Positions 28,506 through 38,057 of a stretch of 64,000 bases of DNA are shown in pieces. Below the pieces are notes generated by a model. The model made no database searches and was not told the DNA's origin. It saw only the letters and a program-made list of their open reading frames with translations. Source of the stretch: Halorutilales archaeon Cl-col2-1 (lineage in GTDB: Archaea; Halobacteriota; Halobacteria; Halobacteriales; Afararchaeaceae); the NCBI GenBank assembly GCA_041891055.1, contig CP169074.1:1600001-1664000 (forward strand). Reading direction: 5' to 3'. Positions within the stretch are counted from its first letter, which is position 1, and each line of letters starts with the position of its first letter. The translations under genes were made by a program, and so were the position numbers.

Positions 28506-30772
28506 ACCGACGCGAGAAAGCACAGGTCATCATAGTCGCGGGCTTCCTCGTCGCTCTCGGAATAATTGGCGTGACGGTGATGCTCAACTCGGCTGCGTAC
28601 ACACAGAACTCGATCGCCGACTCACGCTCTTCCCCGTCGCCCTCGCTGTCACAGAGCACAGTCGAGTACGAGGAGACTGTCGAGTCGGGAGCGCGTGACA
28701 TCATGGGCGCGATTAACCAGAGAAGCATCCACGAGAACTGGACTAATGCTGAGGTCAGGGACGAGTACAACAGGTCGATGAGAAACTACACGAGGAAGGT
28801 TCAGAGAATCTACGCTCCGAGACGTACCGCTGTTGACGTAGAGTACTCGGTGAGCCAGGCGTCGACTCCGGCTCTGAGACTGGGGCAGAAGAAACCCGAG
28901 AACTTCTCGGAACCTATCAGACGTGATCCCCTCAATGCTTCTCTCGTGATTGATACATCGGGATCGATGGAGGATAATGATCCTAATGACACAAGAGTAG
29001 ATGCTTCGAAAGATTTCGTGGGTGCTCTGAACTCGTCTAGGGATAATATCTCTGTCTTGGACTTCGATCAGGATACATACGAAGTGCCTTCGAGTTATAG
29101 ACAGAATAGTAGTAATCATCTCGGTGTGAGTAATGCTACTTATTTCAAGTCTTTACCAGACGATGAAAATATAAATGAAACTATTGATAAGATGTCCGAG
29201 GATGACGGAAGTACATATATAGGCGGAGGTATACGGGGCTCACTTCGGGAATTTGATGCCAACAGTAGCTCCTCCGCTGAAAATGTCACTATCATACTGA
29301 CAGACGGTCAAAATGAGTACGGATGGGTGAATTACGAAGCCAAGAGTATCTCGGATGATATTGATGGGGCTTATGATAAATGCAGAAATGACTGGGCGTT
29401 TATCGATGAGGAACCTCCTAGCTCAGAGGAAATAGATGAATGTGATAATTCTCTGTTTAGGGATGTTAACCTTAATAATAGAACTAAATATTGGGCTAGA
29501 GAGGCAAACAGAACAGATACTACTGTGCATACTGTTGGTCTGGGTGACTCGGTTAATGGGACTTTATTAAAATACATAGCGACGGAGACGGGCGGTAATT
29601 ATAATCACGCCGATAACGCCGATGAACTCACTGATATTTTTAGAGATATAGCCGAGGAAATAACCAGTCCCGACAAACTCATCGCCGACAATATAACACA
29701 GATCCACAGTATGCGATACAACGTCACTGAGTTCAACGATGATACCGGAAACTTCAGCCTTCTAGTCCAGAACCAGTCGACACCTCATAACAGAACTATC
29801 TGGCGTATGGATGTTGAGAACCCCGGCTACTATGGGGACGACAAGAACCCTGAAATTAGGATCAGTCACCAGAATGAATCTACCAATACTAAAGAGGTTC
29901 TGGAGAACCACACCTACAACGGCACGCCCGTAGAGATTGGTGTCACCAACAACTCGATAAACTCGACGCCAAGAAACCTCCACTCCGACCTACTATACGC
30001 TTCTGATCCCGAGAACACGACCTATCGGATTCTGATAAAGGGCGGCAACAATGCCAAGGGAACCTACGACATACAGGTTGACTCCCACTCGACTTCGAAG
30101 GTCTGTGGATCGAAGACTTTCTGTTCGAACGCGTCGGTCTACACGGTCGGCGCGTTACAGAACGTCCGTCTCAACCTATCGTACTCCGACTCGTCGCTTC
30201 GCCACACAAACACGATCTCGGCGGGTGCTCCGGCTATGACGATGATCAGTTATCCGAGCGTCTTCAACCCCGACGAGGACATACCGCCTAACCTCATCAA
30301 CGGCACGAACGTCTCCGACCCCGACAAGATCAACATCACTCACATGAGTGCGAACGACGACAGGTACGCCAACCTAACAGAGAACAGGTCGGACGACTTC
30401 GACCACGGACATGATCTCCGCGTGGGTTCCCAGACATCGGGTATACAGAAGGCATGGGACAGGCACGAGGTCGAACTGAGGTACAACCTCACAGGCTCTG
30501 AGCCGATGGAGATTGTTCCCGTCTACGAGTCGAACGCGAGTGAGATCGACCCTACTACTGACCACACAGTTCCGCCTACGTCGGGTGAGATAAAAACCGA
30601 GAGCTACACTCTCTCCGACGTGGAGTCAGAGGCGATAAACTCGACAGACAATGGCGACCTATTCATAGTCTTCCGGGACACCGATCCGAGTATACATGAC
30701 GACACTAACAACACCCTGAAGGTTTACTATCAGCGCGTGAAGTCGATAAAGACCTACGGAGGCGGGTCGTGA
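28496..30772 (+). CDS. Large pilin-like adhesin with inserted vWA domain
   Basis: KAQ-VIIVAG plus TM; MIDAS motifs VIDTSGS, STYIGGG, ILTDG, TVGLG, IATETGGNY. Confidence 0.8.
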   Translation: MEIDRREKAQVIIVAGFLVALGIIGVTVMLNSAAYTQNSIADSRSSPSPSLSQSTVEYEETVESGARDIMGAINQRSIHENWTNAEVRDEYNRSMRNYTRKVQRIYAPRRTAVDVEYSVSQASTPALRLGQKKPENFSEPIRRDPLNASLVIDTSGSMEDNDPNDTRVDASKDFVGALNSSRDNISVLDFDQDTYEVPSSYRQNSSNHLGVSNATYFKSLPDDENINETIDKMSEDDGSTYIGGGIRGSLREFDANSSSSAENVTIILTDGQNEYGWVNYEAKSISDDIDGAYDKCRNDWAFIDEEPPSSEEIDECDNSLFRDVNLNNRTKYWAREANRTDTTVHTVGLGDSVNGTLLKYIATETGGNYNHADNADELTDIFRDIAEEITSPDKLIADNITQIHSMRYNVTEFNDDTGNFSLLVQNQSTPHNRTIWRMDVENPGYYGDDKNPEIRISHQNESTNTKEVLENHTYNGTPVEIGVTNNSINSTPRNLHSDLLYASDPENTTYRILIKGGNNAKGTYDIQVDSHSTSKVCGSKTFCSNASVYTVGALQNVRLNLSYSDSSLRHTNTISAGAPAMTMISYPSVFNPDEDIPPNLINGTNVSDPDKINITHMSANDDRYANLTENRSDDFDHGHDLRVGSQTSGIQKAWDRHEVELRYNLTGSEPMEIVPVYESNASEIDPTTDHTVPPTSGEIKTESYTLSDVESEAINSTDNGDLFIVFRDTDPSIHDDTNNTLKVYYQRVKSIKTYGGGS

Positions 30773-31245
30773 TGAGACGCGAGTCGACAGTTTCGGTCTC
30801 AGAAGACGACGAGGCACTCTCGACCGTCACGGGATACGTTCTCCATCTCGGCGTGGCGATCACCGTAATCGGAATAATGCTTATGAACATGCACGGCACG
30901 ATGGGGTATATCCGTGAGTCTACGACTGAAAAAAACCTGCGTATGGCAGGCGAGAGTATAGCCGAGAGGATCGTCGAGGCTGACACGCTGTCTAACAGAG
31001 GGTCTAATCCAGAGGGGAGTCTCGAACTCCGTCTCCCAAACGTGGGCGAGACTTATACTGTCGAGATCGAGCCTGATCCGGGTGTCGACGGCACCGGAGA
31101 GATAAAACTCGATTCGGGTGTTCGGGCTGCGACTGTCACCGTTGAGTACAACACAGTCACACAGACTGACTCGGCGGAGTTCGGAAGCGGCTCCGAAGTA
31201 ACCCTGCATTACACAGAAGAAGAGATAGAACTGAGGGAGGGGTAA
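30769..31245 (+). CDS. Pilin-like protein
   Basis: EALSTVTGYVL plus TM helix; GTGA overlap with the upstream gene. Confidence 0.72.
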   Translation: MMRRESTVSVSEDDEALSTVTGYVLHLGVAITVIGIMLMNMHGTMGYIRESTTEKNLRMAGESIAERIVEADTLSNRGSNPEGSLELRLPNVGETYTVEIEPDPGVDGTGEIKLDSGVRAATVTVEYNTVTQTDSAEFGSGSEVTLHYTEEEIELREG

Positions 31246-31246
31246 G

Positions 31247-32092
31247 ATGCGCGCTATGACGACCCGAAGCCGTAACGGTAACGACGAACGCGGAGTCTCG
31301 GAGGTCGTTGGCTTCGTGATAGTCTTAGGAATAGTCACGACCTCGATAGGTCTCGTCTATCTTAATGGCGTCCCCGCTCTCGGTGACCAGAGGGACGCCG
31401 CGGAGTCGGAGAACAGCCTGCGTTCTTTCGCGCTCGTTAAGGACAGTCTCGACTCCGTATCTCGGACAGACGGTGTCTCTAGCCGTGACACACAGGTCAG
31501 ACTAAACGGCGGTGCTCTTTCTGTCAACAGCGGAGCCGGGTCACAGACGTGGGTCAACGTCTCCATAATCAACGGCTCCGACCACAACATCTGTGACCCC
31601 GAAGTCTGTAACACGACCGTCGGATACGTCGCCTATTCGACTGACTCGGGGACGGTCGTATACGAGAACGGCGCTCTCATACGTGAGGCTTCGGCATCAG
31701 ACGCCAGCGTGATGATTGAGGAGCCCGACTGGAGGATCTCGACCGACCGTACCGTCGTCCCCGCTATCGATGTCAACGGCTCGGGGTCTGTCGGCGGAGA
31801 AGGGGTCTTCGCCGTCACATCGGAGAACGCGGGGATGGACTGGACTCTCGGTGACAGTGTCCGCGGCGGCGACTCCGACCACAATATTTCTAGTGTCAAG
31901 GTGACCGTCAGAACACCCAACAATGATCGCCTCGACGCGTGGAAGACGTACCTCGAAGGCTTCGAGAGTCTCGAAGACGTGGACTACGGAACAGCGTCGG
32001 ATTACGTCTGGGTTGAGGTCGATCCTTCGCCCGATTATGTCGGTACAGCTATACACACGAGAGCTAGACTCAACACCTCAGTCTCAAGATAG
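31247..32092 (+). CDS. Archaeal pilin/archaellin-like protein
   Basis: ERG-VSEVVGFVIVLGI class III signal; VYENGALIR. Confidence 0.8.
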   Translation: MRAMTTRSRNGNDERGVSEVVGFVIVLGIVTTSIGLVYLNGVPALGDQRDAAESENSLRSFALVKDSLDSVSRTDGVSSRDTQVRLNGGALSVNSGAGSQTWVNVSIINGSDHNICDPEVCNTTVGYVAYSTDSGTVVYENGALIREASASDASVMIEEPDWRISTDRTVVPAIDVNGSGSVGGEGVFAVTSENAGMDWTLGDSVRGGDSDHNISSVKVTVRTPNNDRLDAWKTYLEGFESLEDVDYGTASDYVWVEVDPSPDYVGTAIHTRARLNTSVSR

Positions 32093-32098
32093 ACAGAC

Positions 32099-33838
32099 AT
32101 GAGAAGAAAGAAAACTCATTCGAGAGAAGGACTCGCCCAGTCCGAAGTCGTGGGAGTCATCCTCCTCTTCGGCATCACGATGACCGGAATCGGCATAATC
32201 ACTGTCACGGGTTTCCCTTCACTCGACTCGGCGAGAGATGATGTCGGCTTTTCGAGGGCACAGAACGAGATGATGCGTCTCGACTCACACGCGACAGCAG
32301 TCGCCTCAGGATCGGGTACTAAGACGGTGCGCCTGAACTTACAGGAAGGGAGTCTCAACACCGTCGAGAAATCCACACGTGTCGACATTAACATCACCAA
32401 CACGACGAAAAATCTCAACCGGAGTTTCGATCTCAACTCGGTCAGATACACGATGGGAGACAGGGAGGTTTGGTTCGAGGCGGGTGGTATCTTCCGTAAG
32501 ACGTCGGCGGACGCCAATGCCACGATGGTCTCCGCGCCCGACTTCGGGTTCTCACGTAACTCTCTCACGGTTTCGCTCGTCAACGTGAGTACTGCCGATC
32601 TGGCGACTGCTGGAGGTCAGCAGACATTCACAGTCTCGCGCGAGTCGAAGGTCGATAGACCGTACCGTGACACGAGTCCGATACGGAACGGGACTGTCTA
32701 CGTCAATGTTACGACTCCCAACTCCGAGGCGTGGGAGAGATACTTCGAGAATAGACACAAGCAAGTCGTCGTAGTCGAAAGTAACCACGATGCTAATCCG
32801 GGTTGGGTCAAGGTCAGACACGTTGATGTCGTGTCTACGACTCCCATATACTTCCGTCAGGCGATTCTGTCTAGTGGTAAATGGCTGGTGTTAGACAACT
32901 CGACAGTAGATACTGTCAGTGGGGATAATACGGCAGATATCGAGATTACAGAGGAAATTGAGTTCAAGAAGGGGTCAGTTGTTAACGGAACTGTCAAGTC
33001 GAATTTAAGTAGTGGGTCAGCGGCTATAGATTGTTTGGGATCGTGTGGCAAAGATGATATGATACGCGGAGACGCACTTGCAAGAAACACTATAGAGGCG
33101 AGCCATGACTCTAACGACAACAGCAATATCTATGTTCCGCCTGAGTACGAGATAAATGATTCGGCAGATGTACATGTCGACGTTCCCGAGCCGGTTAATG
33201 ATATTATAAACAAAAAATTGGGCTCATATGAGGGAAATACGCCACTCTCTGACTTTGCAACTGGTGGTGGAGACATAGACGTCCCGCCGGGGAACTACGT
33301 AGTTGATGGGTCTAATGATATAGACTGGAATAGTGAGACTATAAACTTCAACACAGATGAGGGAGACATAAATATAGCAATCCAGAATGGCTCTAACACC
33401 AAGTTTAGTATAAGTAAGTCCGAGATAAACGTAAACGGAAGAGGTGATGTAAGGATATTCCGTGGATGCGCGAACGGAATGACTGGATTCAATCTAGATG
33501 GCGTAGAAATGAATGTCAGAAACAACAACTCACGCCACTTCCAAGTTTATGTCTATCCTGACAAACAGTGTTCTGGAACCGGTCCTAAGCTCGAAATAAT
33601 CGACTCGACCTTCTACGGTGCTATATACGCCCCGAATAATGATAGAATATCTCTTGGGCAGCAAAACCAAGGGGTAGAGTTTTATGGTGCCATCATAGGA
33701 GAACGCACTGAGTTAATAGACACGGAACTCCATTACGACAGAGACAATATGGTCTTCCCGATCCGACTAAGAGAGACCGACGATCCCACTCGCGCCCATC
33801 TCCACGTCACGAAGAGCGACGTGAACGTCTCGGGCTGA
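32099..33838 (+). CDS. Large pilin-like protein with C-terminal beta-rich adhesin domain
   Basis: AQ-SEVVGVILLFGI; EAGGIFR, MVSAP; FYGAIYAP/FYGAIIG beta-helix-like motifs. Confidence 0.78.
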   Translation: MRRKKTHSREGLAQSEVVGVILLFGITMTGIGIITVTGFPSLDSARDDVGFSRAQNEMMRLDSHATAVASGSGTKTVRLNLQEGSLNTVEKSTRVDINITNTTKNLNRSFDLNSVRYTMGDREVWFEAGGIFRKTSADANATMVSAPDFGFSRNSLTVSLVNVSTADLATAGGQQTFTVSRESKVDRPYRDTSPIRNGTVYVNVTTPNSEAWERYFENRHKQVVVVESNHDANPGWVKVRHVDVVSTTPIYFRQAILSSGKWLVLDNSTVDTVSGDNTADIEITEEIEFKKGSVVNGTVKSNLSSGSAAIDCLGSCGKDDMIRGDALARNTIEASHDSNDNSNIYVPPEYEINDSADVHVDVPEPVNDIINKKLGSYEGNTPLSDFATGGGDIDVPPGNYVVDGSNDIDWNSETINFNTDEGDINIAIQNGSNTKFSISKSEINVNGRGDVRIFRGCANGMTGFNLDGVEMNVRNNNSRHFQVYVYPDKQCSGTGPKLEIIDSTFYGAIYAPNNDRISLGQQNQGVEFYGAIIGERTELIDTELHYDRDNMVFPIRLRETDDPTRAHLHVTKSDVNVSG

Positions 33839-34042
33839 CTACTTATCCTCTAGCTCGAAGGCGATAGTGACCTCTGTCTGGTACTCGGGATCTTCGGATC
33901 TCGCTATCTCCATTCCCTGTGACTCGACCTCGACCCAGTGGATGTCGTGTAGTGTCGCCTCTGCCCTCTCTACGGCGTCCATCGCGGCGTCCTCCCACGA
34001 CTCGCTGCTGCTTCCGATCACGGTGATCTTTTTGAATACCAT
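33839..34042 (-). CDS. Dodecin (flavin-binding)
   Basis: MVFKKITVIGSSSESWEDAA...YQTEVTIAFEL. Confidence 0.93.
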   Translation of the reverse strand: MVFKKITVIGSSSESWEDAAMDAVERAEATLHDIHWVEVESQGMEIARSEDPEYQTEVTIAFELEDK

Positions 34043-34085
34043 ACTCCGGATAAGAAGAATCAGAACTTCTTAAATCTTGTCGCCG

Positions 34086-34177
34086 TCTGAAAATCTCCGA
34101 TTTTCATGCTCATCAATCGAAGATTGATGAACGTTTGCAAATCTTTGATTTGCAAGCACGTCAATCGAAGATTAACG
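34086..34177 (+). repeat. Two tandem double-hairpin units (48 + 44 bp), intergenic
   Basis: TGAAAATC-TCC-GATTTTCA, CATCAATC-GAA-GATTGATG, TTGCAAATC-TTT-GATTTGCAA, AATC-GAA-GATT; CG|T...AACG ends. Confidence 0.92.
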
Positions 34178-34187
34178 TACGGTCTGT

Positions 34188-35465
34188 CTATATCTCGTCG
34201 AACCCGACGTACTCCTGAAGAGCCTCGGGAACCTCGACGGTGCCGTCCTCCGTCTGGTAGTACTCCAGGATCGCTATGATGACTCGCGGAATTGCGAGAC
34301 CGCTTCCGTTGAGCGTATGTATATGTTCGAGGTCGAGATGTGGCTCGGGTCTATACTTGAGTTCGGCGCGTCTCGCCTGGAAGTCCTCGAAGTTCGAGAC
34401 CGACGAGACTTCGAGCCATCGCTCGTGTGCGGGTGCCCAGACCTCCAGGTCGTAACACTTCGCCGCGGCGAAAGACAGGTCGCCCGTGCAGAGTTCGAGG
34501 ACGCGGTACGGAAGTCCGAGCTCCTGAAGAACCCTCTCGGCGTCGCCCAGGAGTGTTTCGTGTTCGTCGTAGCTCTCGTCGGGCTCAGCGAACTTCACCA
34601 ACTCGACCTTGTCGAACTGGTGGACGCGCGCGATCCCCCGCGTCTCTGTGCCGTGTTTGCCCGCCTCTCTCCTGAAACACGCCGAGACCGCCTGGTGGTA
34701 TATCGGAAGCTCGTCGGCACTGAGGTACTCGCCCTTGTACATATTCGTGACCGGAACTTCCGCAGTCGGAATCAGCCAGAGATCCTCGTCCTCGACGCCG
34801 TAGGCGTCGCCCTCCTCTATGAACTTGGGGTACTGTCCCGTCCCCTTCATCGCGTCTGTGTCGACCAGAACGGGCGGATAGACCTCCTCGTACTCGTCGT
34901 CGTGGAGGTCGCGCATGAACTCGACGAGACCGTGGTGGAGTTTTGCGCCCTTTCCGCGCATGAAGAAGAAGCCCGAACCCGATATACGTGAAGCCCTCTC
35001 GAAGTCTATGAGACCTTTCTCCTCGGCTAAGACGTCGTGGGGTTCGATCTCGAAGCCGTGGTCACGTCTGTCGTCCCATCCCCACCGTCGAACCTCGACG
35101 TTGTCGTCCTCGTCTTCGCCGACTGGTACCGAGTCGTGTGGGACGTTCGGGACACGTAGGAGCATCTCGTCGCGTTCCTCCTTGAGCCTCTCCGCCTCCT
35201 CCTCGACCTCCTCTATCTCCTCCTTGAGTTCCTGGCTCCTCTGTATCGCTTCCTCCGCCTCGTCGTCCTTTCCCTCCTGTTTGAGCTCTGCGATCCTCTG
35301 GCTCGTCTGGTTCCTCTCGTGCCTCAGGTCGTCGCCCTTCTGTTTGAGTTCGCGCCATCTCTCGTCACGTTCGAGTATTCCGTCTATGTCGGCGTCGGAG
35401 CCACGTCTCTCCATCGCCTCCTTGACCTCGTCGGGGTTCTCGCGTAAGTAGTCGGGATCGAGCAT
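34188..35465 (-). CDS. serS: Serine--tRNA ligase
   Basis: LIPTAEVP, CFRREAG, RVHQFDKVE, EVSSVSN, HTLNGSGLA. Confidence 0.97.
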   Translation of the reverse strand: MLDPDYLRENPDEVKEAMERRGSDADIDGILERDERWRELKQKGDDLRHERNQTSQRIAELKQEGKDDEAEEAIQRSQELKEEIEEVEEEAERLKEERDEMLLRVPNVPHDSVPVGEDEDDNVEVRRWGWDDRRDHGFEIEPHDVLAEEKGLIDFERASRISGSGFFFMRGKGAKLHHGLVEFMRDLHDDEYEEVYPPVLVDTDAMKGTGQYPKFIEEGDAYGVEDEDLWLIPTAEVPVTNMYKGEYLSADELPIYHQAVSACFRREAGKHGTETRGIARVHQFDKVELVKFAEPDESYDEHETLLGDAERVLQELGLPYRVLELCTGDLSFAAAKCYDLEVWAPAHERWLEVSSVSNFEDFQARRAELKYRPEPHLDLEHIHTLNGSGLAIPRVIIAILEYYQTEDGTVEVPEALQEYVGFDEI

Positions 35466-35571
35466 TGTCTTCTTACAGTCGGTTTAGTGGGTTTCCGTCT
35501 TAACTCTTCATCTATGTCTATGTAAGTCGACAAGCCGAAACACGGTTGTTCCTTTCTCTCTTATCTGATCC

Positions 35572-36606
35572 ATGGAAAAGGTCGAGGGACGTATTCTACG
35601 AGTACTGAGCGACACAGACGAGGTCGATGTCATAGAGGGCACTGTCCATATCGAGGACGGCGTAATCACCGAGGTAACCGAGGAGCCGGTAGAGTCCGAC
35701 GACATCGTTATGCCGGCTTTCGTCAACGCACACACCCACATAGGCGACTCGGTTGCGAAGGAAGCCGGAAGGGGTCTCTCGCTCGACGAGAGGGTCGCGC
35801 CGCCCGACGGACTCAAACACCGCATACTCCGCGACGTTACACAGGAGGAGAAGACTGATGCTATGACGAAGACAGTCGAGTTCATGCGCGACTCGGGTAC
35901 AGGAGCCTTCGTCGACTTCAGGGAAGGCGGAGCTGAGGGAGTCGAGAGTCTCCGGCGCGCAGCCGAAGGAACGGGTGTCGAGGCTGTAGCGATGGGGCGT
36001 GGCGACCCTTCCGTCTTAGACGTCGCCGACGGCTACGGTGCGAGCGGCACAAGAGACGGAGACTTCGCCGAACCGAGAAGCGAGGCGCGCAGTCGCGGGA
36101 AGCCCTTCGGGATACACGCCGGAGAGCGCGACGCTGACGACATAGACGACGCGTTCGACCTCGATCCCGACTTCCTCGTCCATATGGTACACGCCCGTGA
36201 CGTCGACCTCAGAAGACTCGAAGACGACGAGATACCCGTCGCTGTCTGTCCGCGGTCGAACCTCGTGACTGACGTGGGTCTGCCTCCCGTCGAGGATCTC
36301 GTCGAACACACCGACGTCGCCCTCGGTACCGACAACGTGATGCTCAACTCGCCGTCTGTCTGGAGGGAGATGGAGTTCACGTCGAAGCTCTACGACGTCT
36401 CCGACGACGAGGTTCTGCGGATGGCGACTGTCAACGGTGGTAAGCTCTTAGGCAGGGACGACCTCGGAGTAATCGAGGAGGGCGCCGAGGCGCGTCTCAC
36501 TGTTCTCGGTACGTCGGGCGAACTCGACGGCGTGAGGGACGTCTTAGCGGGAGTCGTGAGAAGAGCCGGAGCCGTCGACGTCAGACGCGTAGTCGTGCCG
36601 TCGTAG
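35572..36606 (+). CDS. Amidohydrolase/nucleoside deaminase family protein
   Basis: NAHTHIGDS, IHAGE, VHMVH, CPRSN, LGTDN. Confidence 0.9.
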   Translation: MEKVEGRILRVLSDTDEVDVIEGTVHIEDGVITEVTEEPVESDDIVMPAFVNAHTHIGDSVAKEAGRGLSLDERVAPPDGLKHRILRDVTQEEKTDAMTKTVEFMRDSGTGAFVDFREGGAEGVESLRRAAEGTGVEAVAMGRGDPSVLDVADGYGASGTRDGDFAEPRSEARSRGKPFGIHAGERDADDIDDAFDLDPDFLVHMVHARDVDLRRLEDDEIPVAVCPRSNLVTDVGLPPVEDLVEHTDVALGTDNVMLNSPSVWREMEFTSKLYDVSDDEVLRMATVNGGKLLGRDDLGVIEEGAEARLTVLGTSGELDGVRDVLAGVVRRAGAVDVRRVVVPS

Positions 36607-36620
36607 AACTGGAGTCAGAG

Positions 36621-36902
36621 TCAGTATCTGATACGGAAGCCGTCGAACTCTCCGGTTGGTTCCTCCCAGTCTACCTCGACCCCTTCGACTTCCGCCGCGG
36701 GGCTACCCTCGTGACACCACTCGACTGTCTCCTCGACTGCGCCGCGTTCTCCCTCGAAGACAGCCTCGACGCGTCCGTCGTCTAAGTTCCTGACCCAGCC
36801 CTCGACGCCGTTCTCGCGCGCCGTGTCACGCGTGTTGGCGCGGTAGTAGACTCCCTGTACCTTCCCCGAGACGAAGACGTGGGCTCTGATTTCTTCCGCC
36901 AT
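36621..36902 (-). CDS. acyP: Acylphosphatase
   Basis: VSGKVQGVYYR, GWVRNLDDGRVEA. Confidence 0.95.
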   Translation of the reverse strand: MAEEIRAHVFVSGKVQGVYYRANTRDTARENGVEGWVRNLDDGRVEAVFEGERGAVEETVEWCHEGSPAAEVEGVEVDWEEPTGEFDGFRIRY

Positions 36903-36913
36903 AGTTCTCAGCC

Positions 36914-37948
36914 TCAACTCTCGTTTTCTTCTTCTTTAAGCCTGGCGTCTATACAGACGTTGTATTCGTAGGGTGCGTACGAGCGCACGTTGACCTCGTC
37001 GAGAACCTCGATCTCGTATCCTCCGTCGCTCGCCGCCTCACGTATCTCGTCGACCGCGCCCTCGAAGAGGTCGTCCTCGTGTCTCATGTCGTAGTAATGG
37101 ATCACACAGCCGTCGCCCGCCGCCTCTACAGCCTCGTCGAGGAAGTCGTTGGCTGAGTGTGGCAGGTTCATTATGATCCTGTCGAAGCCGCCGAGACGCC
37201 GGGCTACCTCGCGTGCGTCTCCTTCGACGACGCTGATTCGGTCTCCGACCCCATTTCTCTCGGCGTTCTGTCTCAGGTACTCGACTGCATCGGGGTTGAC
37301 GTCGACAGCCGTGACCTCAGCACCCCTCTTAGCCGCGGGAACTGAGTAGGGACCTACGCCTGCGAACATGTCGAGAACTCTTTCTCCTTCCTCTATCTGT
37401 GACACGACCCTCTGACGCTCGTTGGCGAGACGTGGAGTGAAGTAGACCTCCGATACGTTGACCCTGAGCTCTACGCCGTACTCACGGTGGACTGTCTCTG
37501 TCGTCTCGTCGCCGTAGACGTGTCTGAGATCACGTAGCCTCTCCCTTCCCTTTACCTTCGACTCGACAGCGAGAGCCGTCTTTATGTTGTTGTCCGCCTC
37601 GACGACCGCCTCGCCCACCTTTTCCGTGACTGTGTCGACTTCGCCGTCTTCCTTCTCCTCTATGAGAGCTATATCCCCGACAGTCTCGAAGGTCGGTGAG
37701 TAGCCGAGTATGTCCTCGGGGGATACGAGACTCTCGCGCTCCTCGAACTCTGCCTCACACATCTCGGCGTCGAGGCTCTCGGGAACCACGTCCCTCGACT
37801 CGACGGGTATGTAGAGACTTCCGTCCTCAGTTCTGAGCCTGAGATCTCCGTCCACTGCGTCGGCTTCGCCGAGGGTCTGGCGCGTTGTCTCGCCCTTCTC
37901 GACGTCGACCTTCACGCACGCCGACGTCCGGGTTATGTCTTCTGACAT
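36914..37948 (-). CDS. trm5: tRNA m1G37 methyltransferase Trm5 family
   Basis: VGDIA, VYFTPRLANER, LDMFAGVGPY, IMNLP. Confidence 0.88.
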   Translation of the reverse strand: MSEDITRTSACVKVDVEKGETTRQTLGEADAVDGDLRLRTEDGSLYIPVESRDVVPESLDAEMCEAEFEERESLVSPEDILGYSPTFETVGDIALIEEKEDGEVDTVTEKVGEAVVEADNNIKTALAVESKVKGRERLRDLRHVYGDETTETVHREYGVELRVNVSEVYFTPRLANERQRVVSQIEEGERVLDMFAGVGPYSVPAAKRGAEVTAVDVNPDAVEYLRQNAERNGVGDRISVVEGDAREVARRLGGFDRIIMNLPHSANDFLDEAVEAAGDGCVIHYYDMRHEDDLFEGAVDEIREAASDGGYEIEVLDEVNVRSYAPYEYNVCIDARLKEEENES

Positions 37949-38057
37949 CAGTCTTCGTAAGGGTTTATACGTCGGTGGATGTATAATGCGTTACGAGTCG
38001 AGCCGAATATCCGGTAATACTATCCGTCAGCCCGACGTCTCTGGAGTTATACACAAC

